In this document: one piece after another, positions 1 through 9,200 of the stretch
How the letters are laid out: each line of letters starts with the position of its first letter
Position numbering within the stretch: position 1 is the first letter of the stretch
IMG/VR virus record: IMGVR_UViG_3300027906_004537
Location: 1 to 56,977 of that record
Source: a virus
Lineage: Duplodnaviria > Caudoviricetes
Reading direction: 5' to 3' (one strand)
Length of the DNA: 56,977 nucleotides
Program-made: the position numbers and the translations under genes
The notes under the pieces: model-generated
Seen by the model: the letters and a program-made list of their open reading frames with translations, nothing else
Database searches by the model: none
Told to the model about the DNA's origin: nothing

Positions 1-306
1 TCAATTCTCCCTGGCTGACTCGAGCAGCCGGCGACCAGAATCAGGCAGCACACAGTCACGATAGATAGTTTCACGCAGCACCTCCGTGCGGCCTTGCTGG
101 TAAATGGTTTTGTTCTCGATGCGAATGCCGGCGATCTGATCAAGTGTCTTGCCGGATATCTCACGCACCAGGGCGTCGGCGGCTTTCTGCGCAATTCGGT
201 CACGCTCGAGGTCATACGCCACCTTCCAGGCGTGCAACTGCCAGCCGGTACCAAGGGACATGGCGGCCACTGCCGCATAGGCCACCAGTCGCGCTTTATC
301 AATCAT
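1..306 (-). CDS. Inner-membrane spanin-like (Rz-like) protein
   Basis: N-terminal TM segment (LVAYAAVAAMSLGTGWQLHAWK), helical body, C-terminal YRDCVLPDSG typical of i-spanins; overlaps the amidase stop. Confidence 0.6.
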   Translation of the reverse strand: MIDKARLVAYAAVAAMSLGTGWQLHAWKVAYDLERDRIAQKAADALVREISGKTLDQIAGIRIENKTIYQQGRTEVLRETIYRDCVLPDSGRRLLESAREN

Positions 307-832
307 GGCTCACCTCTTCAGCCAGCAGATCGGCCAGCACCTCGGCCAACTGCAGCTTCCAACGCTGGTACTTGGCCACGTCATCCAGGTTGCTGATAAA
401 AAACAGCTCAACGATGATGCCGCCGCCCCGGCTCACGAACGCCAAGCGACTGTGCTGGCCGCTCGCCTCGCCCTTCGCCCCGCGGTTGTTGATGCCCAGG
501 GTCTCGCTGATGGTTTTGCACAAGCGCAAACCCAGATCCATATCGCCCGGCCAGCTCAGCGTCTCCACGCCCGTGGCCGCTGGCTTGTGGAATGCGTTGC
601 AGTGGAACTCCAGGGCAATGTCGTGCTCTGCCGCCGCCTTGCACGCCTTCGCCAGCGGCAGGTTCTGGCCCTGCTCACCGTCTCTGCTGAACTCAACCCC
701 CCGCGCGCGTAATGCTTCGGCCAGGAGGTCGCGGAACTCCAGCACAATGCTGGCCTCGGTATGGCCGTTACCCACGGCGCCGGGGTCAGCGTCCGAGTGG
801 CCGGCGCTGATGAATAGGGTCTTTGATTGCAT
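299..832 (-). CDS. N-acetylmuramoyl-L-alanine amidase (Amidase_3-type endolysin)
   Basis: ISAGH..DPGAVGNG.TE, EFHCNA, GVET and IIVELFFISN zinc-amidase motifs; RBS AGGAG before ATG 832. Confidence 0.9.
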   Translation of the reverse strand: MQSKTLFISAGHSDADPGAVGNGHTEASIVLEFRDLLAEALRARGVEFSRDGEQGQNLPLAKACKAAAEHDIALEFHCNAFHKPAATGVETLSWPGDMDLGLRLCKTISETLGINNRGAKGEASGQHSRLAFVSRGGGIIVELFFISNLDDVAKYQRWKLQLAEVLADLLAEEVSHD

Positions 833-855
833 GGGTACTCCTGAAATGCAGGCAC

Positions 856-878
856 AAAAAAACCGCCCAGGGGCGGTA
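856..878 (-). terminator. Intrinsic terminator-like hairpin after the tail module
   Basis: ACCGCC-cctg-GGCGGT followed by a T-run on the minus strand. Confidence 0.6.
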
Positions 879-1019
879 TGTGAAATGGGCAGCACTTTTG
901 ATTGGTTACCGGTGACAGCTCAGGCCGGTGCCGGCAGTATCACTTTGCTCCGCACGGATGCGGGCATGTTCCGCTCTTCAGACCGCCGGTGATGTTTGCA
1001 GTACCGGCAAACCATCTGA

Positions 1020-1682
1020 TCAAATCGTTCCCCCCATGAACTCAAGCACACGACTGTATCTGGCCATGCAGAATATGCCGACCTGCGTATTCCCCTCCCC
1101 AAGCTCCGCAGTAACATGCGAAATGCGATGTTCGCCGTCTACATAGACGTCGATATTTTCACCATCCGCCACTGCTCGCAGTGAATGCACGTCGCCGGGA
1201 TTGGTAGGCAGGGGCGCCGTTGCTACAGTCGTATATGTCGCGCCGTTTCGCCGAGAGAGCGCAACAAGCTGCGACTGGGTTGATATTCTCGCAATGAATC
1301 CTGTACCCGCTGACTCCGCGCTGTCGCGGAATATTACGCCCAACGATTCGCCTGAGCCGCCAGCGACGTGCTCTACTGTGCAACCCCACTCGCCATCTGC
1401 AGCGTCTTCTCCGGTATCGAAAACCGCCCTACTGGGCAGAAAGCTAGTGGCCGAGTTGTTGCCGACCACGTAGCCTCCGGGCATAACGAGTATGTTCGAT
1501 CCAGCCCACGCTAGCGCGGTTCCTTGGATCACCCGTCCGGTAATAGCCCCCCCAGCCCCCCCGTCGAACGTGTCGACAATCGTCCGCCTGTCTGGATGAA
1601 CAAGCGATGGGAACACTTCGTTGAATAACGGTGCATAGGTATCGCGCGGCACCACACCACGCAAGATAGCAAGATGCTTCAT
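1020..1682 (-). CDS. Tail-associated protein with putative beta-sandwich (lectin-like) domain
   Basis: Follows the esterase gene; RBS GAGG before MKHLAIL; Gly/beta-rich sequence (HSLRAVADGENIDVYVDG). Confidence 0.55.
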   Translation of the reverse strand: MKHLAILRGVVPRDTYAPLFNEVFPSLVHPDRRTIVDTFDGGAGGAITGRVIQGTALAWAGSNILVMPGGYVVGNNSATSFLPSRAVFDTGEDAADGEWGCTVEHVAGGSGESLGVIFRDSAESAGTGFIARISTQSQLVALSRRNGATYTTVATAPLPTNPGDVHSLRAVADGENIDVYVDGEHRISHVTAELGEGNTQVGIFCMARYSRVLEFMGGTI

Positions 1683-1692
1683 GCCTGAGTCC

Positions 1693-3006
1693 TCATGCAG
1701 AACCAATTGAGACGGATGCGGCAACCACAGCCATCGCTTTGCCCATTTCGTTATAACCCTGCTGCGAGTAGTGCGACCGATTCTGACTAGAAGTCCCGCC
1801 AGGGAAGTCTTTGTCCCGCATTTCATCGCGAGCGATCAAATTGTAAGCCCCTGTCCAGCCAAAATATAAATTGGGCTGGGTTTGCACCATCTGACGCTGC
1901 AACTCTCGCATATCAGCCAGGCCCGCGGCGTCGATACCTTCTGCGTCCCCGCCGGTTTGCGACATAATCCACGGCCATTTACTACCGCCGAAAGCAGAGT
2001 CAAAGTAAGCGCGCAGCAGCTGGTACTCGTCGATATAATCTTGCTCCGTTATTTGCCCGCCGGCCGATGGCAGGCATCTAGCGTCCCGCTCGCCTTGAGA
2101 CCACAGAACCCCGCCGAAGCGGTACGCCAAGCCGGCGGACTCCGCCGCCGCTATTGCTGCATTTACGTTATCTACAGCGATTCCGCGTAGCGTCCCGGTC
2201 GAACTCCAGTTCAACCCATTACCTCCCGCCGCAGGAGCCGACGCGGCCGCTGTTAGGCCGGCACTACCTACCGCCGAAGGAACAAAGATCACGCCCAAGC
2301 CGGTTCGACGGTAGAACTCAAGGGCGAATGCCGGCAAGCATGACCCGGTAGAAGCATTGCCTACCGGGTCCCCGAGAACAGCGTCCAACTCTCCAGAGTA
2401 ATACTGATAGGCAACCCCGCTTGGCACAGATACCGAAAGAGCGGAGCTTCCAACGCCCTGCATGTTGGATTGGCCGCCCGTGAGAAACAGAATAAATTCA
2501 GTTGGACCGGGCGACACTAACGGCGCTTCCGCGCCGTAATACACTGTGCCGGAATGGCCGATGACCTTCATAACTCGAAGCTCGCCATCGGCGTCTCTAG
2601 CAGCTTCGATCCTGTCAGGGTCCAGCTCCCCAGCTAGGATCTTGATTTCATCTATCCCAGCAACATCAAATATTTTCACATCCACAGCACTATTCGTCGG
2701 CAACTGGTCATCACCCGCACCAACATCAGAAGCCGAGGCGGTACCCAGTTGCTCAAACGCCCCGGTCACTTCACTGGCAAAGCTGTCGAGTGTGGACTGG
2801 TCCACCTTCTGCCCCACCTCATCCTGCAGATCAACAAACGCCTCATTGATCCCGCCATCGACAGTCGAGCCGTCATCCAGCGTCATGATCAGCCGGCCGT
2901 CTTCGTCGTAGGTAGAGCCGATTACCTTCGCACCGACGCGACCTCTAAAGCCGACCTTGACCACCTGCTTCTTGGGGCCGTTACGAACAACCGGAATGCC
3001 GCTCAT
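1693..3006 (-). CDS. Tail spike/fibre with SGNH (SASA/DUF303-type) acetylesterase domain
   Basis: GGQSNM (catalytic Ser), WSQGERD and late HYSQQGY motifs; N-terminal virion-attachment-like region. Confidence 0.8.
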   Translation of the reverse strand: MSGIPVVRNGPKKQVVKVGFRGRVGAKVIGSTYDEDGRLIMTLDDGSTVDGGINEAFVDLQDEVGQKVDQSTLDSFASEVTGAFEQLGTASASDVGAGDDQLPTNSAVDVKIFDVAGIDEIKILAGELDPDRIEAARDADGELRVMKVIGHSGTVYYGAEAPLVSPGPTEFILFLTGGQSNMQGVGSSALSVSVPSGVAYQYYSGELDAVLGDPVGNASTGSCLPAFALEFYRRTGLGVIFVPSAVGSAGLTAAASAPAAGGNGLNWSSTGTLRGIAVDNVNAAIAAAESAGLAYRFGGVLWSQGERDARCLPSAGGQITEQDYIDEYQLLRAYFDSAFGGSKWPWIMSQTGGDAEGIDAAGLADMRELQRQMVQTQPNLYFGWTGAYNLIARDEMRDKDFPGGTSSQNRSHYSQQGYNEMGKAMAVVAASVSIGSA

Positions 3007-3605
3007 CGTGTTGCCTCGTCGGTAATTTCAAAGGGGCTTAAACCAACCAGCGCGTACACCGCGCCATTAGGATCAATAACCTCAGCGTCCCAAACGCCGC
3101 ACATTGGCTTTAGGCTCTTGGACACAGACTCGGGTAATAGCAGAGTGAAACTGTGCTCTGATGGATCGACGACGAACTGCCCGTCAGGATTTTCGCCGCC
3201 ATCAGAGTGAAAGGTAAGCACCGGGCTATTGTCGTGAATGTTTCGACGGAACATCGCACGCGCAGACCAGCCGGTAATGTCCTGCGGGATCAGGTACTTC
3301 ACGACTCCGCCGGCCGACCACATATGACGCCAGCTGCTGCCGACCAGGTCATTAATCTCCACCGTGTCGTCATCAATCACGGTCGCAATATAGTTTTCAC
3401 CATTGAGGTCGCTGGGCTTTTTCACGGACTCGACGTCAAACGGCCAGCCGTCGGGCAAACCATGACCAACAACGGTCAGCCGAACCGGCGCCAGGGAGGG
3501 CACACCAGTGATTGGCACGTAGGCGAACTTCTCGCTGGCATACTGAAGCGCGAAGTCGAGGGTTTTGCCCTTTTGGAAACAAAGGTCGATAATCGGGGCG
3601 TCCAT
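3003..3605 (-). CDS. Virion structural/tail adaptor protein
   Basis: First gene after a CAGTCACA promoter; RBS AGGAG; coupled to the esterase gene by ATGA overlap. Confidence 0.55.
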   Translation of the reverse strand: MDAPIIDLCFQKGKTLDFALQYASEKFAYVPITGVPSLAPVRLTVVGHGLPDGWPFDVESVKKPSDLNGENYIATVIDDDTVEINDLVGSSWRHMWSAGGVVKYLIPQDITGWSARAMFRRNIHDNSPVLTFHSDGGENPDGQFVVDPSEHSFTLLLPESVSKSLKPMCGVWDAEVIDPNGAVYALVGLSPFEITDEATR

Positions 3606-3629
3606 AGCATGCTCCTGCAATTTCCCTGC

Positions 3630-3657
3630 ACGCTATGTGACTGGATGCCGCCGTCAA
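3630..3657 (-). promoter_or_regulatory. Late-type promoter, copy 1: TTGACG-N8-CAGTCACA-TAGCGT
   Basis: Motif repeated upstream of seven transcription units. Confidence 0.75.
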
Positions 3658-3684
3658 CCTGGCGGAAGCTTGCCATCTAAACGC

Positions 3685-3710
3685 AAAAACCCGCGCTTGG
3701 CGGGCTTCTT
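3685..3710. terminator. Hairpin terminator after the nuclease moron
   Basis: AAAAACCCGC-gcttg-GCGGGcTTCTT; T-run on the minus strand. Confidence 0.6.
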
Positions 3711-3729
3711 GGTTCTAGCCTGCGTCAAT

Positions 3730-4527
3730 TCAGAGCAGTTGGTTGAAGGCGTTCACGAACATGGAGCAGTCGGTGTTATTAAACCGCCATGACTTGGCCT
3801 TAGCATCCCGGGTAATACGGATAGACAATGCAGAAGAGTCGCCCTTAATCGACCGGCTTTTTAATAAAGTATCTATGTGTGTGGATGGCACAACGACGTA
3901 GGTATTGCGTGTTTCGGTCGCGCTGCGCAAGACAAAAATGTAATACATCATGCTGCTGTGGTTGGCATCAAAGCTTGTCCGCTTAATAGCAAACTTCCAT
4001 GCCCCATCGTTCTCGCAAGCCGCCTTAACTTGAAGATAGAAGTATTTGTTGTCCTTCTCGGCAACAACATCGATGCCTTGATCGACAATCATAGGCGAAG
4101 CATTAAAGCCCCAATATAAAAGCTCAGATATAACTGCATACTCACCAAACTTTCCGAAGTAGATGCTGTTCGTCTGAACCGGCGGCAGGGCCGCCACTGT
4201 CCTCGAAGACGGCACGCTTTTAATTCGGTACCATCCGCGCTTGGCTACAGTTCTGCCGGCCTTCTTGTAATTCACCTTTGAGAAAAGGGCGCCTTTGCGC
4301 TTCGACTCAGCAGCAAGGGCGTTATTCACCTTTTGCTTAAACTCTTCCTGCGTCAGCCCCAGATTCATGTTCTTCGCAATAGCTTGCGCTGCGATGTCAT
4401 CAACATGAGCTGATCGGCCGGGTGTCTCCTGCAGAATATCCTCAGCGATCATGCAAAGCCTGGCAGCCATGCTTAGCTCTATCCGGTGACCGCGTGCGGC
4501 AAATAATGGAGAGATGCGTGAGTCCAT
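3730..4527 (-). CDS. Winged-HTH (HARE-HTH-like) plus PD-(D/E)xK nuclease moron
   Basis: N-terminal HVDDIA..A..K wHTH-like region; GKFGEYAVISEL, GIDVVA and LQVKA nuclease motifs; AT-rich; start may be further downstream (MAARL). Confidence 0.7.
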   Translation of the reverse strand: MDSRISPLFAARGHRIELSMAARLCMIAEDILQETPGRSAHVDDIAAQAIAKNMNLGLTQEEFKQKVNNALAAESKRKGALFSKVNYKKAGRTVAKRGWYRIKSVPSSRTVAALPPVQTNSIYFGKFGEYAVISELLYWGFNASPMIVDQGIDVVAEKDNKYFYLQVKAACENDGAWKFAIKRTSFDANHSSMMYYIFVLRSATETRNTYVVVPSTHIDTLLKSRSIKGDSSALSIRITRDAKAKSWRFNNTDCSMFVNAFNQLL

Positions 4528-4566
4528 TCGTAAATCCCTTTTTGTTTTTAACCTCTGTAACTGGCG

Positions 4567-4935
4567 CTACTTCCCAACCCTTGCCAACATTTCAGTAATC
4601 ACTTTAACTGCGCCGTCCATTTTCGCGCCCAACTCACCCTGAACCCGCTCAAGCTGCTCCAGGTGCACAGCTAGACCTTCAGTGTGGTATGTGCCTCGCA
4701 CCTCCGCACGCAAATCCTCTACTTCCTCCACCAGTTCACCCAGCCATGCGCCCACGCCTGAAAGGCTTGAGCCTGGCGCGATAGATTCGAGCTCGCGCTC
4801 AATCTCAAAGGTCTCTTCGAGGCGGTCAACGAGCTCGGCTGTAATTGAACGCTTATTGATTGCGGCGGCGGCCTCTAGCCTGGCCTTCAGCTCTGCCGGG
4901 ATGCGGAAATTTACTTGGGGGTCTGATCTGCTCAT
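4567..4935 (-). CDS. Arc/Mnt-family ribbon-helix-helix repressor
   Basis: MSRSDPQVNFRIPAELKARLEAAAAINKRSITAELVDRL Arc signature. Confidence 0.85.
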   Translation of the reverse strand: MSRSDPQVNFRIPAELKARLEAAAAINKRSITAELVDRLEETFEIERELESIAPGSSLSGVGAWLGELVEEVEDLRAEVRGTYHTEGLAVHLEQLERVQGELGAKMDGAVKVITEMLARVGK

Positions 4936-4947
4936 GTGCGAATAATG

Positions 4948-5010
4948 CAGCACGGTGATGTTGACAGCAATAAAGCGCGGTGCTTAAATAAATCAAAGCA
5001 CGGTGCTTTG
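4948..5010. promoter_or_regulatory. Divergent promoter/operator region of the immI-like module
   Basis: Three related near-palindromes (CAGCACGGTGATG, AAAGCGCGGTGCTT, AAAGCACGGTGCTTT) and a TTGACA hexamer. Confidence 0.7.
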
Positions 5011-5028
5011 TTTACACGAGGAGGCGTT

Positions 5029-5190
5029 ATGAGAGTGCGCGACATGAGTCAACTGGTGCTGCGGGTTGACCCAGCTATCAAGCAATGGCTTGAGAGCAAA
5101 GCAAAGAAAGAAGAGCGCAGCCAGAACTGGCTGATTTCCAAGACCCTGAAAGAGGCGATGGAAAGAGATAAGCAAGCCAAACACGCATAA
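5029..5190 (+). CDS. Arc-like ribbon-helix-helix protein
   Basis: QLVLRVDPAIKQWLESKAKKEERSQNWLI; RBS GAGGAGG. Confidence 0.8.
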   Translation: MRVRDMSQLVLRVDPAIKQWLESKAKKEERSQNWLISKTLKEAMERDKQAKHA

Positions 5191-5253
5191 AAAAGCCCCA
5201 AGCGCTGGAACGCTTAGGGCTTTCAAAACGAAACGTTCGCGGAGAACAATTTC

Positions 5254-6180
5254 ATGAGAAAGAATAGCACAGCCGTATCTAATGTCATCCCCTTCAGTTT
5301 TGAAGAGCGCGAAGTGCGCACCCTGTTAATCGACGACCAGCCTTGGTTTGTCGCTGCGGATGTTGCAAGCGCTCTGAATTATCGTATGGCAGCTGACATG
5401 TCTCGTAATCTGGACGATGACGAGAGGGGTACGCAGATTGTGCGTACCCCCTCTGGAGATCAGGAAATGACTACCATCAACGAGTCAGGCCTTTACTCGG
5501 CAATCCTGCGCAGTCGCAAAGCCGAAGCAAAGCGCTTCAAAAAGTGGGTAACTGCCGAAGTCCTGCCAGCCATCCGCAAGCACGGCCGCTATGAGGATCG
5601 CAGCAACCAGATGTTTACTCTGGTAGGCCAGACTATCGGCACCGACGGTTTTCACTGCCTGGGCGCGATCCTGAATGGGAAAGTTCGCCATCTGCCGGCA
5701 CCAGCACGCAAACGCGCCACCATGCATGTTTGGTCCCAGGTGCATAAGGCTTTCAGCGTGGTATCGGCTCAGGATATCCCGGCAGAGCAAATGGACAGCG
5801 CGCGCAACTTCATTGCAGCTTATGCGATTGAAGGCGAATGGCTCGGCAAGGAAAAGCCAGCGGCGCCGAAACCTCCGCTGAACATTCACTACCCGCTGGA
5901 TGCGCTGACTTGTCGCCGCCCTGGGATGTTGTCGCCGTACAACGACAATCACGAGACCCTGAAAGTCACGCTGGAGGATTTGAGCAGCCCGCGCAGCTCC
6001 TTCTGTGAGCTGATCTTGTCAGAGCTGAGCCGCAACGGATACGCAGTAGAGGCCGCATGGTGGGAGTTCCGCACCTATCGCAACAAGTTTGAAGCGTTCA
6101 GAGGTTTGGTGCACAACCTTGGCAACACGATTGAAGAGCCGCAAAACTACGTAGTGAACCGCAGCCCGCTTCCAGCCTGA
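5254..6180 (+). CDS. Phage antirepressor (Bro-N plus P22-Ant C-terminal-like domain)
   Basis: PWFVAADV..INESGLYSAILRSRK.EAKRFKKWVT.EVLPAIRKHG Bro-N motif; ARNFIAAYAIEGEW. Confidence 0.9.
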   Translation: MRKNSTAVSNVIPFSFEEREVRTLLIDDQPWFVAADVASALNYRMAADMSRNLDDDERGTQIVRTPSGDQEMTTINESGLYSAILRSRKAEAKRFKKWVTAEVLPAIRKHGRYEDRSNQMFTLVGQTIGTDGFHCLGAILNGKVRHLPAPARKRATMHVWSQVHKAFSVVSAQDIPAEQMDSARNFIAAYAIEGEWLGKEKPAAPKPPLNIHYPLDALTCRRPGMLSPYNDNHETLKVTLEDLSSPRSSFCELILSELSRNGYAVEAAWWEFRTYRNKFEAFRGLVHNLGNTIEEPQNYVVNRSPLPA

Positions 6181-6186
6181 CTAGAT

Positions 6187-6213
6187 CGCCCCGCCCTGCG
6201 CGGGGTTTTCTTT
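6187..6213 (+). terminator. Intrinsic terminator after the antirepressor
   Basis: CCCCGC-cctgc-GCGGGG-TTTTCTTT. Confidence 0.7.
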
Positions 6214-6221
6214 GCCCATCG

Positions 6222-9200
6222 TTACAAAGTCCTCGCCTCTCTGAACCGGCTGGCCACCACTCTTGATTGCTCTGCGCCTTGGTTGACTCGCGCCTGACGA
6301 ACAGCCCTGCTTTGCGCCTGCGGAGTAATGGTCATGGCAGGTGGCGACCCGCGCAGCAATGCAAAGGCGTTCTTGCGAGATACACCGCCCAGTGTCAATG
6401 TCTGCAACAGTTCACGCCGCGTCATGCCGGCGTTTTCTGCCGCGCTCACTAGCTTTGCCATATCGTTGAAGGCTTTGGCGTACTGGCGGTCAGCGCCCTC
6501 CTTCGCCTTACGGATATCATCACTGCTCACATTATTTGCGCTGCGCAACACTCGCGACAATGACCCGCGTGCGTCGGTGAGCGCCTCATTGAAGTCGAAG
6601 CTGCGGTAATAGAGTCCGGTTCGGGCGTCGAGAGTAGATGCGCGCCACCCCAGCAGCGCTGACACTTCGTCTCTCACGCTGTATGGCTGGCCGGTCGATT
6701 CTCGCCTCTGCCCTCTGGCGGCTTGCACAAAACGCTCTGCGTTGCTTACAAATCCGGGCTGAATGGTCTTGCGAATGTGATTAGTGATGTCGGCCAGCTG
6801 GTCTAGCGGTTCGCCATTCTCTTTGTAAACCTGTCCGCCAGAAGACTTCTTGTTCGACATCACCTCAAAAATAGACTGAGCAGTAATGTCGCCACCTAGG
6901 AACGGCGTCAGCAAATCCGCCACGCCGCTCTTTGCAGAATCCTCCCAAGACTGGTTGCGCATCATCGCGGTAACAGGGCGTTTCCAAAATCCGTAGGGAT
7001 CAAGAAAGCTCAGGTCAACATAACGCAACTTCCCGTCAGGGTCGCGCCCCAGGTACATAAAGGTAGAGTTGTCCTGCCAAGGTGGTCCAAGGTCACGAAT
7101 GGCCTCCTCTTCATCATCATCCACGCCCAAGGCCGCCGCCGTCATGGCTGACAATGCGTAGAAACCGGCAGACACCATGGCCATGCCAGCTGCGCGCTTG
7201 CGCCCCAAAGCCCGTATTTTTGGGTTTTCGCTCTTCAAGTCAGAAGCTGTGGTTCGCATCATATTAGCGCTGGTGCGCACAATCTCTGACGGGAAGCTTA
7301 CAAAGGTACCCGCCAGCGGGAAGCGTGATAACCACCGCATGCCTCGGCCCACCATTGAATACGTGGGGTAGGTGTTGCGGATACGCTCAGCGGCCATTTT
7401 CTCTGCATCGGCTTCAGCAATGCCCGCATCTATCAGGCTAGCCTTCTCGTTCTCAAAACCAATAATCTTCCAGAAGTCATCACCAAAGGTATAGAAGCCT
7501 TGGGCAGCCTGGTTCGCTTTGCGAAAGATATCCATGGCCTTGCCCTTCTTACCCGACAACAGCTCATCCATGCGAGCATCTTCTAGCAAACGCATCATTT
7601 CACCCGCATAAGGGCTGTCGTAGACCACGCCAAGCTGCTTCAGCTTTCGCAGATACGCCAAGTCCTGCCCAGTCGCGCTCTGCGATACCTGTTCGCGAAA
7701 GGCGGCCATACTCTTGCGCATGTGCTTCATATTGAAATGGCCGTTCGCCAAGCTGAAGAACATAGCCGACTGCCAGTTACGCATCGCTGTGGTCGGACTA
7801 AGAACCGTTTTGCCGTACTTAACCAGCCCGTTTGCTCTAACGACGGTCCGGTATAAGTCGCCCATTTGCTGCTTGCCAAGTGCATCTTTGAATGACTGCG
7901 CCACTTCCGGAAATGTCCAAAGCCCGTTAAGTGGTGAATAGGTATCAGACTGCTCGCCAGCGATCTGGGTTGTGGCATCAGCCGGCCGGTTCTTGCCCTC
8001 AAACAGAAAGCTGCCCATACCCACTTCACGCACGCGATCGAGAAATCGCTGGTTCCAAATCAACCGTCCCATCTTTGTGGCGGACTTGGCAAAGTTCACA
8101 CGTGGGTCAGCGTACTCGCCCAGCAGTGCACGGATCTGCGGCGCCACATCCTTGCGCTTCATCATTACACTTAGGTCTTTGGCGCCCAGCTTGCCCTCGG
8201 CAATGAAGCTCTCCATCGAATCGTAGGCGGTGCCGCTCTTCAGAATCTCATTGATTGCCACATCAGCTAGGCGCGCTGCCTCTGCGCTACTCTCCCCGCT
8301 CCGTCGGTAACCTGCAGCCAGATAGTTTCGCGCACTATTCAGCACCGGCACCGGCACCTGTTTGAACCACTTCGGGTCGTCATATGCCTGGTAGGAGCGG
8401 TGCACGTACCTGCCCAGGTTGCCAGTGATCTTGTCGATCAAGCCCTGGTCGGCGCCCTTCAGGCGGTCAGCCGTTTGTTGCTTGAGGATGCTGATATATT
8501 CAGACGACAGGGAATCGATGTATTGCCGCATGGCCACGATGCCGGCCCTGGTGTTGGTCGGCAGTGAATCGTCCACCTTGCCAGCCAGCGCCTCACTCAG
8601 GCTGCGCATTTGTTCCTCAGTCAGCTTGTTCGCGGCCAGACCATAGTCGCCCTGCACAGCCTTTTCCAGCGCGCCCACCATGTGCCGCACGTCGAATTCA
8701 ACGGCCTCAAACTCGCTGTCGCGCTTGATCTTCTCTGAGAAAACATCGCCCGGCAGCAGGCCACCAGGCGCAAACTGCCTGGCGAATATCTTCTTGGCTT
8801 TATCCCAGATCGGCCGATCCTCTTCGCGCAGGCGGCGATTCTCCGCAGCAAAGGGGTCGGTGGGGTCCAGCTTGGCGCGGCCAAGAGCCCGATCAAGCGC
8901 TTCGCGCGCCTGTGCAGCACCTTGAGCAGTTGATGCCATACGGAAGGCCGGCAGGTCGGCGTCTTCGGCACGCACGTCAGTCGTCAGGTTGCGAGCCCGG
9001 GCACGGCGCCCTTTGGCGAAGGCGTCGGCGATATATTCAACAGCTTTGATCAGCTCGGCAGGCCCATCGGTATGCTTGATCAGCCCCACCCTGACGGCCA
9101 GGCGCTTCAGCGCGCGCAGTATCCGGTTCCAGCCCTTCGTGGCCCAGTTGATCTTGCGCTGCGCCAGGGTGCCAAGCATCTCTTCTGCATAGAGGCGGTC

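Noticed and set aside
920-1117. Small Cys-containing ORF after the tail module (Com-like?)
   Set aside because: Only one CxxC, overlaps the upstream gene, no clear RBS
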